A stretch of 64,000 bases of DNA, from IMG/VR virus record IMGVR_UViG_3300021400_000131, positions 1 to 64,000 of that record. The stretch is one strand, 5' to 3'. Below the pieces are notes generated by a model that saw only the letters and a list, made by a program, of their open reading frames with translations, made no database searches and was not told the origin of the DNA. Origin of the DNA: a virus. Lineage: Duplodnaviria; Caudoviricetes. Positions within the stretch are counted from its first letter, which is position 1, and every line of letters starts with the position of its first letter. Position numbers and translations under genes: made by a program. This document shows, piece after piece, positions 39,201 to 46,850 of the stretch.

Positions 39201-39851
39201 GTAGCGGTCAACCTCCGCGAGCTGGCGGTTGATCTTGTTGATCTCGGCTTCCTGTGCGGCAAGCTCCGCGTTCAGCTCGCCAAACTTGGCGGCGTTCGTG
39301 TAATCATCGAGGGCGGCGCGGGCTTCCTCCCAGCGGTCCTTGAGTTCCATGACCACATCGGCCTGCTCGTCGCCGACAAGGCTGCGAAGCCTCTTCTCGT
39401 CGAACGTCCCAGCGCGAGTCTCTTCCGAGACGTCGTAGTCAGTGGCCTCTTTGATGGCCTTGGACATCCATTCGAGTTCCCTGTTGACCTCTGCGTACTT
39501 CATCTTGGCACGCTCTGCCGCGAGCGTCACGCTGTCAGTGTTCCGTGCGAGGTCGGCGACGTCCTTGGCTGCTTGGCTCACAGGCCATTCGCTGAGCTGC
39601 TTGATGCCCTGGTTGAGCGAACTCATCTTCGCAGCGATATTCACAGCTTGGGCACCGAGTGCGCCAATCTGTCGGGTGGCGACGTTGATGTTGCCGGGGT
39701 CGATGCGTGTCGCCTGAGAGAGCTTGCGCAGCTCGGAGCCAGTCTTGAAGATGGCTGAGTTCGCTGTGCGCAGACCAGTGCTCAGCTTTGTGAGGTCAGC
39801 GCCAATCCTGATGGTCAAGCCCTTGTAGGCACCTGCTGGCACGCGGACCAC
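33225..39851 (-). CDS. tape measure protein
   Basis: 2208 aa, Ala-rich helical, KGLTIRIGAD N-terminus, TP901-like core, follows the chaperones. Confidence 0.92.
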   Translation of the reverse strand: MVRVPAGAYKGLTIRIGADLTKLSTGLRTANSAIFKTGSELRKLSQATRIDPGNINVATRQIGALGAQAVNIAAKMSSLNQGIKQLSEWPVSQAAKDVADLARNTDSVTLAAERAKMKYAEVNRELEWMSKAIKEATDYDVSEETRAGTFDEKRLRSLVGDEQADVVMELKDRWEEARAALDDYTNAAKFGELNAELAAQEAEINKINRQLAEVDRYKSFSELGNQLEPVNQRLTLVSAAAKTAQEYFSRLDTAFTIDPSNLDLAAQHTKALGEAMVTAQMQSNLLKERIASYESAGLDRTAQEVGSISVEVEQSEAAFHKAQRALDEYTRTGSETDGMFKILKADLEAAQQRMDTAHAVQQYSSLKAQVAEVDAGFVKMAKSLADIKMPSSVESSLANLRTQYEAISESLRSTEGSADSLKGALELNPDNVRIAATQMELLEEAERLATEEAQGLKEQLAAYDIDAIREASDYTKSAAQQTNEAAAAYDEAAARVRELNIEIANTQGKRDNEAFSANIDAYDRALANLREQLRGAKADEEAAFQQFDLSRQRQEVSDLDVKVAQNEATMDRLYVAMQKASGQKIVPEVDFSALDKLKERFDSLSDGSTALRSFGDVNEKIKGLGSAFDDAKRRADELSSALQENPGNTELTEQQMHATAEAISLAEAKLRELNAAKAELERAGVSNLDITTGNVAVKAEEAASRYRVLSDVVDKLQARATSAQEELGGMSEAAGRTEEGAQRINELNAEIEECNRLLEDAKGEMEAAFKNADFMQRAKDMGNLDEQITRTKLDLAELRETAAGASRSFDGMSTVAHYLKPIDAVLDQVSAGAEQARGRFDALNKASQIRPLSISTTVRSMVALREAINATREKADTLRSKLEAYKADGIDRIARNTGNAAVAFQKANANVEQARAALKNFEQSGVQNEEELARLKKALQDALKEADTAAAVNEFKELEVEIRTTDTQIDELKKSMNVNFGEVGTAAVNAGVQIGQFASRAGRSIITSSSEIDASYRDLRKTFEAEEGEYKQLYDAAMKYSMSHVTSASDMLEMEAIAAQLGVGMDESGKKAEDAAERIGKFAEVAANLDVATDIQSDTIALQMGQIMNVMGDLDTDNIDKFGDALVRLGNNMPTQESNIMQITQRLSAIGDVAHFSTPDLMGWAAAIASTGQKSEAAASGIATTITNISKAVSAGGDSLEKYAEVAGMSAEKFAEEWRSKPSDTLKAFVRGLKDDGDEVFATLMGLDINGVRQNQTLAALAQTVDTVDNSVRMATDAFNGLDDEFGDAGDAAREAERKAEGFSGTYEKLKNTVGVLAAEFGDAMVPYMKTATQALERFISFFDKLDDKAKGSIVLFGGLAAGFAAVEPVAAAMFSNLGKIFGGLSKLIVNTVSQGIVWFKSFGGGVTELSTKGSMLTNVGTAVTKLASSLSAAATSGSLFLGIFGGIAAATVGAFLVEIVKSNAEAAKFNGVMEDMKGSADGLAAEMLYGKDAVAQYGTSWKDAKVNMNDFLSGLQDHYRKIGEVRESTGESIGMLEKYKEIIDKAAGAGKDYAGSQGELKWAIDGLNEALGTSYTKHDILFGAYDKESGSVRNLRGEIDQLIESKKRELQVSAYEEMYTEASKAQAETEIAYKKARKARRDFVKEYAKEHTGDTSVDRYGNLYTMTEEDAKNAARMTGTYRELNQAVGETREAYQAAGEELKVYDDALTGAINKNAFYTSNAYGEREGIMMTTQAMSDAIIANGQWGSSLEEIQPKVKTLAQGLQDAGVGAKEFAELSNQNPDVFGKMVEQADGDMDTLIGLIDEWNDKQLEEKYGEIKWNEDHTSFETLEGEIYEWTGNDYTLKFNAEVEGEENIDQAKANAEEGADMPVNAKVEDSSVDESKANAEEGADMPVNAEVDDSGIDEAKDEAEEGTSMNVNVTLDTSELAANLSGAVNGADTGGINIPVRLDTSTFASQIEELGTDKQINVGVTADTGAIQAVTDTLGKVPTDVRSTITVSSNGLQKATERIADLNEVANKMSSKSRSYKATGNAAGSDKAAKNVASLNTAANNMRNKSVYISANGNVASGAAASNTWNLVHAINSLQSKAVTLTTTRVTRDVKKATGTYINPNKMPKHAAGIFTRPTLTNIGWVGEDGAELYSGNSLVPLTNRKYSMPYIDDISDAVARKLGGNQPQNNITVTVTGVSGPDEVANAIARTLGILNL

Positions 39852-39857
39852 CCCCTG

Positions 39858-40104
39858 CTATATCCAGTTCTTGACGTCCTCTTCCGTTGCGTAACGGACG
39901 TCCTCTTTCTCCTTGGGACTCTTTGCGGCCTCGTATGCCTCGGCGCGGGACTCGAACAGCATCCTGCACACGCTCCACGGCATGCGCAGCGCCTCGTCCC
40001 ATGCGACGCCAAGCTTCAGAAGCTCGGTCCAGATGTGCGTGTAGGGAAGCTGTATCTCTGGACCTTTTGCCGGATTACTCGGAGGCGGCGGCTCCGGCGT
40101 GAAA
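39858..40104 (-). CDS. tail assembly chaperone C-terminal frame (GT-like)
   Basis: Open +1 frame FTPEPPPPS...PYTHIWTELLKLG...EEDVKNWI with no N-terminal start codon of its own. Confidence 0.65.
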
Positions 40105-40476
40105 CAAACCCCGCTGGCACTCGTCGAACACGGCCTGCGAGATTTCGCTCATGTCAATGTCTCGCGTAGCTAGACACCACTCGATGAACGACGGCACCTG
40201 CACGCCCATCCTGTTCTCGCGCCGCGCGATGGCCTCGGACGTCTTGAGCATCGCCCAGAACGCACGCAGCTCGGCCATCCAGTTGTCGATGGTGTAGTCC
40301 ATCGCCACCATGTTGCCGCTCTCGTCGAAGTTGCTGGCGGCGCGTCGAATGTCGATGCGCCCGAACACGTCCTTGATGAGGTCGCTCTTGAACTCCTGCT
40401 CGTAGATGACGAGGGTGTAGGTCGTAGCCTCGTACTCGCGCTCAATTCCGTTGTGCTCGTAGTCGATGGTGGGCAT
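40075..40476 (-). CDS. tail assembly chaperone (G-like)
   Basis: Between major tail and tape measure genes; 133 aa. Confidence 0.75.
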   Translation of the reverse strand: MPTIDYEHNGIEREYEATTYTLVIYEQEFKSDLIKDVFGRIDIRRAASNFDESGNMVAMDYTIDNWMAELRAFWAMLKTSEAIARRENRMGVQVPSFIEWCLATRDIDMSEISQAVFDECQRGLFHAGAAASE

Positions 40477-40520
40477 GTCTACCTTTCGTCGCAGTGTTCC
40501 ATGTCAGGCGCAAAGCGCAC

Positions 40521-40558
40521 AAAGAAAGGCCCTCTCCCCCATTCCGGGGAAGAGGGCC
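40521..40558 (-). terminator. intrinsic terminator after the major tail gene
   Basis: GGCCCTCTTCCCC-loop-GGGGGAGAGGGCC-TTTCTTT. Confidence 0.7.
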
Positions 40559-40594
40559 TGTGCTTCGGGTGCTCTGCTTGAGCGTTTTGGCTTG

Positions 40595-41206
40595 TTAGCC
40601 GTTGGCGGGTGCGGTGCCGGGGGTGATGACGGCGTTCCAGAACTTGTCGAAGGCATCGTGCGTCTGGCCGGAGTCATCGCAGTGGGCCTTGAGGACGTTC
40701 ACCGTCTTGGCGCTGGTGCCCTCGCCAATGGTGAAGTCGCGGCCAGCGGCGGTGTAGTTGACCGACACGGTGTCGGGGTTGGTCGAGTCCGTCATGGTGT
40801 TGGAGGACTGAGACGGGGCGGTGAACGTGACGTTGTAGCGGACGCCGCGCTGCTTGCCCTCATTGCCGGAAACCTCATAGCCAAGCGCGAACGTGCGGGT
40901 AACAGGCTCGGTGTTCTGGTAGGTCAGGCCAGAGGTGGCATCGTTCTGGTATCCGAAGAGGTCGGTGTACATCTCGGCGGTGATGGCCGCAAACTCAATG
41001 GTGCCCGTCTCTTTGCCTGAAGCACTGATTGTGGCATAGATGCCATCATCGGCATAGAAGTCGTTCTGGGTGGTGTCGGCATCGGAAGAGAGAGAGACGG
41101 CACCGGGGATAGACTTCCAAGGGCCGTAGGTACCAGCGGTACCATTCTCGCCGGGGGTGTAGACGGAGTAGTGGACGTTCTTGAGTCCGTAAATAACCTT
41201 GCCCAT
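40595..41206 (-). CDS. major tail protein (phi13-like)
   Basis: KVIYGLKNVHY...IPGAVSLS...FYADDGIY. Confidence 0.9.
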   Translation of the reverse strand: MGKVIYGLKNVHYSVYTPGENGTAGTYGPWKSIPGAVSLSSDADTTQNDFYADDGIYATISASGKETGTIEFAAITAEMYTDLFGYQNDATSGLTYQNTEPVTRTFALGYEVSGNEGKQRGVRYNVTFTAPSQSSNTMTDSTNPDTVSVNYTAAGRDFTIGEGTSAKTVNVLKAHCDDSGQTHDAFDKFWNAVITPGTAPANG

Positions 41207-41225
41207 GTGTGGGCCTCCTATTCTG

Positions 41226-41549
41226 TTATGGGTGGAATGTCAGGGTGTAAGAGGTGACCCATGAGCTTTCCATGGGCACCCACGACTCGTAGCATGCGTA
41301 GGGGCCAAGCTTCGCAAGCTGCTCCTCAAGCGCGTCAACCTCGTCCTCGTCAGGCTCAGCCTGATAGAGGTCCACGTCGTAGCGCTGAAGCTTCGCGTAG
41401 TTGGCGTTGTCGGCAAAAAACTCGCCCTTCTTGAGCCTGCGGTACGAGAACCACGGGAGGGGCGGAACCTTGCCCTCGGGCCAGCCGCTCTTTGTGCCAC
41501 GGATGCCGGACTCGCAAAGAGTCGCGTATACCGTTTCGTCAGGCGTCAT
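41226..41549 (-). CDS. tail completion protein
   Basis: Synteny; PPLPW...FFADN. Confidence 0.7.
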   Translation of the reverse strand: MTPDETVYATLCESGIRGTKSGWPEGKVPPLPWFSYRRLKKGEFFADNANYAKLQRYDVDLYQAEPDEDEVDALEEQLAKLGPYACYESWVPMESSWVTSYTLTFHP

Positions 41550-42048
41550 TTATGGCCCTCTCGATTGAGGCGTCCAGATTCTCTTCCAGCTTCTTGAACG
41601 CGGTGTCTGCCGCTGGCTCTATGTGCGGGTGTGGGGCAGCGCGGAAGTAGCCATGGCCCTTCTCAAGCAGGTGCGCAAGTCCGGGATGTGACGGCGAGCC
41701 GACTTCGCCGGATGGCGCGTCGCCGCCCGTGATGAGCTGGTGCCTGATGGAGCTTGCGTAACGGCCAGTCTTGTAGACCTTGCCGTACCACTTGATCTCC
41801 TTGACCTGCCCCTTGCGCTTGCCGCTCTTGTAGCGGATGATGCCGTCCTTCTTGATCTTGCCCCACCCGCCACGCGAGTAGGAGACGCTGAGGACGGCTC
41901 TGGCGTTCTTCTTCCACTCGTCCTCGCCCGTCTGCAACGCCCCCTCGACGGCCTCTGGGGTCACGTCCTTGACGTTCTTTCCCACGCGGTCGAGCAGGTC
42001 GGTGAGGGCCTTGGCGAACTTGTCGGCTTCGACTACGACGTCACTCAC
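41539..42048 (-). CDS. HK97 gp10-like neck protein
   Basis: HLLEKGHG...HPHIEPA. Confidence 0.75.
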   Translation of the reverse strand: MSDVVVEADKFAKALTDLLDRVGKNVKDVTPEAVEGALQTGEDEWKKNARAVLSVSYSRGGWGKIKKDGIIRYKSGKRKGQVKEIKWYGKVYKTGRYASSIRHQLITGGDAPSGEVGSPSHPGLAHLLEKGHGYFRAAPHPHIEPAADTAFKKLEENLDASIERAINDA

Positions 42049-42403
42049 CGTCTGTCCTGTCTCCGATTCGCTGTCCGATGGTCAGCGTGCGGAACTCGCC
42101 AGCGCCAGAGGAGTACATGACCTCGTAGCGCTCGCCGTGGTAGATGCACTGGCTCTCGCCCTTGTAGTCGATGGCACGGAGCTGAATCATGTGCTCGTTG
42201 CGCAGGCCGACGTCGATTGGGTCCGTGCTGTTCGCCATGCGCACCTCTGAGGAGCGCAGGTTAGCCATCGCCATGACGCCTATGGTCATGGGGTTGCAGT
42301 AAACGGTTCGCGGCACCTGCTCGCCCTTGTGCCATGCGCCGGATGCGTCCTGATAGCTTTCGGGGCTAGAGAGCAGCGTCACGACGTCATTCCAGCGCGA
42401 CAT
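42041..42403 (-). CDS. head closure protein
   Basis: Synteny; YKGE..CIYHGERYEV. Confidence 0.7.
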   Translation of the reverse strand: MSRWNDVVTLLSSPESYQDASGAWHKGEQVPRTVYCNPMTIGVMAMANLRSSEVRMANSTDPIDVGLRNEHMIQLRAIDYKGESQCIYHGERYEVMYSSGAGEFRTLTIGQRIGDRTDGE

Positions 42404-42702
42404 CAGCCCTCCTCATCGTCCTCGTCGCATGCGTCCGAGTGCATGAGGGCCGTGACGGTCATGCGGTAGTCATCGCTAAAGCGTACAGCCTCGCTATTGT
42501 CGTAGCCGTAGTGCGCCTTGCAATACATGAACACGGCCTGCTTGGCGAGGGGGTCCATTGTGCCATTCTCGTTAAGCAGCTCCTCGCGCACGCCAAGACG
42601 GCGCATGTCGCGCAGAGCTGCGGCGATGTGAGTCTCGATTTCCGCGTCAGTCTCTTCGGACATGATGCGGAGATGCACGCGAGCCTCGTCAAGCAGGGCC
42701 AT
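42403..42702 (-). CDS. head-tail connector protein
   Basis: LLDEARVHLRI...DAEIE..I.AA..D. Confidence 0.8.
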   Translation of the reverse strand: MALLDEARVHLRIMSEETDAEIETHIAAALRDMRRLGVREELLNENGTMDPLAKQAVFMYCKAHYGYDNSEAVRFSDDYRMTVTALMHSDACDEDDEEG

Positions 42703-42706
42703 GTGA

Positions 42707-43036
42707 TTACTCCTCTAGCAATGCGATGAGCTGTGCCTTCTTGGCACCCTTGGGAACGTCGATGCCGCGCTCCTTGGCGAGTGTCTTGAGCGTCGCCACG
42801 GTGAGCTTGGAGAGGTCAACCTGCGGGTCTGCCACAGGCTCAGCCTCGTGCGTAGCCTCCTCGACGGGCGCTGGCTCCGGCTTCTCCTCGTCGATGGCCT
42901 CGAAGGTGATGTAGCCGGGAAGCTTCGCATCGATGTAGGCGGCTCGCTTCTCGGTGGCCTCGAACTGGTCGCCAACGTTGCGGTCGCACTTGGCAACGAA
43001 GTCCGCGAAGCGCCGCAATACGGTGACGAGAACCAT
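42707..43036 (-). CDS. Rho-N/HeH-domain head-associated protein
   Basis: DLSKLTVATLKTLAKERGIDVPKGAKKAQLIALL. Confidence 0.7.
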   Translation of the reverse strand: MVLVTVLRRFADFVAKCDRNVGDQFEATEKRAAYIDAKLPGYITFEAIDEEKPEPAPVEEATHEAEPVADPQVDLSKLTVATLKTLAKERGIDVPKGAKKAQLIALLEE

Positions 43037-44406
43037 TACGCGCCGACCTTCTTCTTGAGGATGGCCCAGCCGTAGGGATAGACGGGACGGCCATCAAGGG
43101 CAGTCAGCACGCGGGTCTTTTCGGTGTTCGTCTCGTAGTCGGACCACTGGACCGTGGAGAGCGGCATACCGGGCTGCGTGTTGATGACGTAGTTGTTCCA
43201 GTTGCCGAAGATGCCGATGACGTCGCCATCAGAGGCGGCATCGAAGCTCGGAAGCAGGGCGTCCTCGACAAGGTTGACGTTGCGGCCACGCAGCTTGTAC
43301 ACGGCCTCGTCGTTGAGAACGTCGGCCTTGCCCAGCGGGCGGTTGTTGTCATCGTGCAGCAGGTCGATGTGCATGCCCCAGGTGGAGTCGCCGAAGGTCC
43401 ACTCGCCGCCGTCGCGGTACAGGCGGTTGAACACGGCGGTGTTGTAGAGCAGCGAGTGCCAGAACTTCCAGTCATCGACGTCCTCAGCGGTAACCTCGAT
43501 GATCGCGGCACGCGGGGCGATGTAGCCAGACTGACCCTCGGTGCCCTGACCCACGATGCGCGGGTCAACGGTGAGGCCGAGCGGCTGGGTGGTGCCGTTA
43601 CCACGGAGGATTGCGGCCTCGATTGCCTTGACCATAGACTTCGCCAGCGCGGGCGGGACCATAGCCTTGAGGTCATCGGTCAGGAGGGCCTGAGCGAGCA
43701 TGGTGCGGGAGAAGCGGACCTCAAGCTGGTGCCAGCTGAAGCTGAACGCGGTCGGGTCCTCTTCCTCGTTGTAGGGAGAGACGTGCTTATCGTCCTCAAG
43801 CCACGACGCGGTGAACTCAAGCTGGTTCTCGCGGTAGGTGATGGCACCGGGGAGCGAGAGCTTCTGCACCTTGGAGTAGATGTTGCCGTACTCGTCGAGC
43901 GGCTGGATGATGCCGCCGATGAAGGAGTGCGGGAAGGCGATGGTGTTGGTCAGCGTGTTCACGAAGTCGCCAGTGGCAGAGAACTCGCCGTTGATGGCGT
44001 TGGTGATGTCGATGTTCGCACGCTGCTGCATCTCGTAGGGCATCGGGCGGCGGCGCAGGATGTGGTCTGCGAGGGCGCGACGGTACTCCTTGGTGTCGGT
44101 GAAGTGCTCAGGCTCGTTCATCGGCTGGATGCTGTGGCGGGTCTGCGGGACAGGCTCGCTCTGGGCGATGACCTTGCCAGCGCCGGACTTGACGGCATCG
44201 AGCTTGGAGCGCTGAAGGCGCGTCTCCGCGTTCTTGCGGCGAATGGCGTCCTCGGCATAGCCGACCTCGGCCTCAAGCATGTCGATGGTGACGTCCTCGG
44301 GAAGCTCCTCAGCGGCGAGCGCGTCATTGAGTAGGGACTGACGCTCCTCAAGAGCGTCGCGGTCGAGAGCACGGTACTCAGCCGCGCTCATGGGGGTGAA
44401 CTCCAT
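43036..44406 (-). CDS. HK97-fold major capsid protein
   Basis: N-terminal coiled-coil delta domain; AILRGNGTTQPLG; IFGNW; GGAG RBS. Confidence 0.9.
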   Translation of the reverse strand: MEFTPMSAAEYRALDRDALEERQSLLNDALAAEELPEDVTIDMLEAEVGYAEDAIRRKNAETRLQRSKLDAVKSGAGKVIAQSEPVPQTRHSIQPMNEPEHFTDTKEYRRALADHILRRRPMPYEMQQRANIDITNAINGEFSATGDFVNTLTNTIAFPHSFIGGIIQPLDEYGNIYSKVQKLSLPGAITYRENQLEFTASWLEDDKHVSPYNEEEDPTAFSFSWHQLEVRFSRTMLAQALLTDDLKAMVPPALAKSMVKAIEAAILRGNGTTQPLGLTVDPRIVGQGTEGQSGYIAPRAAIIEVTAEDVDDWKFWHSLLYNTAVFNRLYRDGGEWTFGDSTWGMHIDLLHDDNNRPLGKADVLNDEAVYKLRGRNVNLVEDALLPSFDAASDGDVIGIFGNWNNYVINTQPGMPLSTVQWSDYETNTEKTRVLTALDGRPVYPYGWAILKKKVGA

Positions 44407-44443
44407 AGCCCACTCCTTTCCTCTTTGGTTGTGATTGCTTTGG

Positions 44444-45070
44444 CTACAGGAGGGAAAGCCCCTTGAGCCGTTCTGCAAGGGCGGACTTGCGCTCTTGCAT
44501 CTCCTCGGCACGCCGCAGCACCTCCTGCTGCTTGCGCCTAGCCTCAATCGCTCCGTCGAGGTAGGAACGTGCGCTTATCTCGGTGTTGGGGTTCGCAGGG
44601 ATGCTCACCGCCGACACGTCGAATACCTTGCTGATTCTGGTGATGGTCGAGTGGATGGTCCCGTCCTCGTCCTCGTCCCAGTCGAAGCCGTCCTCGGCGA
44701 TGACAAAGCCAAAGCTCATCTCGTCGATGAGGCCATTCTTGATGGACTCGTAGAGGTCGCGTCCCTCGCGGCAACCGCCAAGGTACGCCTCGCACCACCC
44801 GCCGTGCTCGTCGATGCCGACGCTCAGCGAGTTGTTGCGCTGGCGTGCGAGTGGAGCGCCATCGTGGTTGAGCTGGAAGATCACGTCGCTCATGTTTGCC
44901 CCGTCGAGGGCGTGAGAGTCGACCGTCTCGTACCAGTCGGACATAAGCTCGTACTCCTGCCCGAACGTGGTGAAGTACCCCTTTACCTTGTAGGAGTCAT
45001 CGCCGTCGACGGAGCGGAAGTTGTTGGCAGCGAAGGTACGGTACTGCCTGTCATTCGGAAGATATGGCAT
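44444..45070 (-). CDS. HK97-family prohead protease
   Basis: FQLNH, MSFGF, DVSAVSIPANPNT. Confidence 0.9.
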   Translation of the reverse strand: MPYLPNDRQYRTFAANNFRSVDGDDSYKVKGYFTTFGQEYELMSDWYETVDSHALDGANMSDVIFQLNHDGAPLARQRNNSLSVGIDEHGGWCEAYLGGCREGRDLYESIKNGLIDEMSFGFVIAEDGFDWDEDEDGTIHSTITRISKVFDVSAVSIPANPNTEISARSYLDGAIEARRKQQEVLRRAEEMQERKSALAERLKGLSLL

Positions 45071-46364
45071 CGTCATCCTCCTCTGCGTCGTCAGATGAAG
45101 AAGGTCCGTCATCGTCTGACGGGCCTTCGTCTGTGTCTGTGTCTGTGTCTGTCTGCGAGCCGAGCGGGTGACCGCCGCTCGTCGCAACGATGTTGTTGTT
45201 CTCGTCGAGAAGGATGAACTCGCCGCGAAGGATGCGCATGTCCCCACCGGGGATGTGCGGCATCTGTAGGATGTCGGCAGCTTGGTTGAACGACATCGCG
45301 GCGCGGTCCATCATCGACTCGATGACCTTGCGCTTGCTCTCCGGCGTGGCGTACTCAAGGTAGCTGGACGAGAACATGATGCGGTTGCCGTGGCGGCGCT
45401 GGATGGGAGTGATGAGCATCTTGGTAAGCTGCTCGCCCAGCATCAGCGCGAACGGCTCGATGCATCCCTCGTAGAACGCACCCCACTGCTCTTCCGTGTA
45501 GTCGTTCGTGAGGATGTGTTCGTTGATGCCGAAGTACGTGTAGAGCGCCTTGTCGATGCGGGCCATCTCGCCCTCGTCGATGGTGTAGCTCTGCTCCTTG
45601 ATCTGCTGAATGGACTCCCACGTGTTGTCGTAGACCATCATGCCGCTGGTGTTGCGCGGCCCAAGGTTGGCCTCGCCGAACTTCTCGCGCTTCTTGTCCA
45701 TCTGGTCCGGCTGCACCAGTCCGACCAGCTTGCCGATGAAGCGGATGCGTGCGCCGTTCTTCAGCGCCAGCTCCTCGGCCTGACGCTGCGCGTCCATGAG
45801 GCGGAGCGTCGATGTGAGCGGGATGTTCTTGCCGCCGAAGATGTCGCTGTAGAGCTGGAAGCGGGTGAGGATGCCGACTTGGTAGAAGCCGAACGCCTGA
45901 ACCTCGCCGCTCGCAAGGTGGAACACGATGAACGGCTCACCCTCGTACTCCACGACCTCGGCAGAAGTCGGCTTCAGAGGGTAGAGGCCAATCACCCGGT
46001 AGTCCCTGTCGAGCTGCGGAACGACGTATGCCGTGGTGTCCGTGTACAGAATCGTCGCAAGGCGGCGAAGGAAGTCCGGCCACGTCATCTCGTCGTTGGG
46101 CCACGTCTCGAAGAGCCTCTGCACGCGCGGGTTGACGCTGGTTCCACCCTCTGGCATCACGAACTCGGGCTTGAGCTTGGAGCACGACAAGGCGATGCGC
46201 TCGACGATGGCGCGTGTCTGCGCCTGCTCGTAGAGGGAGCCGTCGAACGCGGAGAACGTCGGTGCCGTCTCCGTGAACGTCTGGAAGCCAGTTGTGGTGG
46301 TGAGGTTGGATTGCTGCGTCTGCCTGCGCCAAGAGGCGGGGACCAATTTAGACAAGAATCCCAT
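45051..46364 (-). CDS. HK97-family portal protein
   Basis: Size, synteny; PNDEMTW..F...LYPL. Confidence 0.88.
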   Translation of the reverse strand: MGFLSKLVPASWRRQTQQSNLTTTTGFQTFTETAPTFSAFDGSLYEQAQTRAIVERIALSCSKLKPEFVMPEGGTSVNPRVQRLFETWPNDEMTWPDFLRRLATILYTDTTAYVVPQLDRDYRVIGLYPLKPTSAEVVEYEGEPFIVFHLASGEVQAFGFYQVGILTRFQLYSDIFGGKNIPLTSTLRLMDAQRQAEELALKNGARIRFIGKLVGLVQPDQMDKKREKFGEANLGPRNTSGMMVYDNTWESIQQIKEQSYTIDEGEMARIDKALYTYFGINEHILTNDYTEEQWGAFYEGCIEPFALMLGEQLTKMLITPIQRRHGNRIMFSSSYLEYATPESKRKVIESMMDRAAMSFNQAADILQMPHIPGGDMRILRGEFILLDENNNIVATSGGHPLGSQTDTDTDTDEGPSDDDGPSSSDDAEEDDDAISSE

Positions 46365-46371
46365 GACACAC

Positions 46372-46400
46372 ACTATATCTTGTATTAGCCGTAATGTCAA
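46372..46400 (-). promoter_or_regulatory. sigma70-type promoter, leaderless portal mRNA
   Basis: TTGACA-17 bp-TATAGT; ATG begins 7 nt after the -10; no SD. Confidence 0.75.
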
Positions 46401-46693
46401 CCGTTAATTGGCACAATATATTGTGGTTATGCTAGAATGTAGGGAGTGAACCCCGGAAGCCTCTGGCTGACCTCCTCTCCCAGCCACGCGCAACTCTAGG
46501 GTGTTGTCGTGCCAGTGACGGCGCACAAGCTGGCACAGAGAGAAGCAGTGGGGCCTCAATCGCCTGTTGTGCCTACTCACCACTGCGCTAGAAGGGGACG
46601 GCGATCTCGGTTGCCGCCCCCTTTCTCTTCGCTTCTTTCTTTTATATTTTCTTTCTTCTCTTCTCTTTCCTCCCAGTTGCTACCCATACAGAC

Positions 46694-46752
46694 AGGAAAG
46701 AGAGTGAAATTCTAAGACCCATCCAAGTCTTAGAATTTCCTCTCTCTTTCCT
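46694..46752. repeat. long near-perfect inverted repeat
   Basis: AGGAAAGAGAG-T-GAAATTCTAAGAC / GTCTTAGAATTTC-C-TCTCTCTTTCCT. Confidence 0.8.
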
Positions 46753-46850
46753 ACTGTTAGGTATGTGCTGTGACTAGTACGTTGTACTTGCTTGTGAGAG
46801 GGCTGGTTTTCGACAGGGCGATGTTGAAACCTTGCGGCGCTGTTGAAAAG

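Noticed and set aside
40105-40111. -1 slippery heptamer G GGT TTG
   Set aside because: The -1 frame ends after about 30 codons and does not encode the chaperone-like sequence; the +1 frame does
46509-46715. Plus-strand 68-aa ORF with F/S-rich end
   Set aside because: Composition comes from the polypyrimidine tract; no SD
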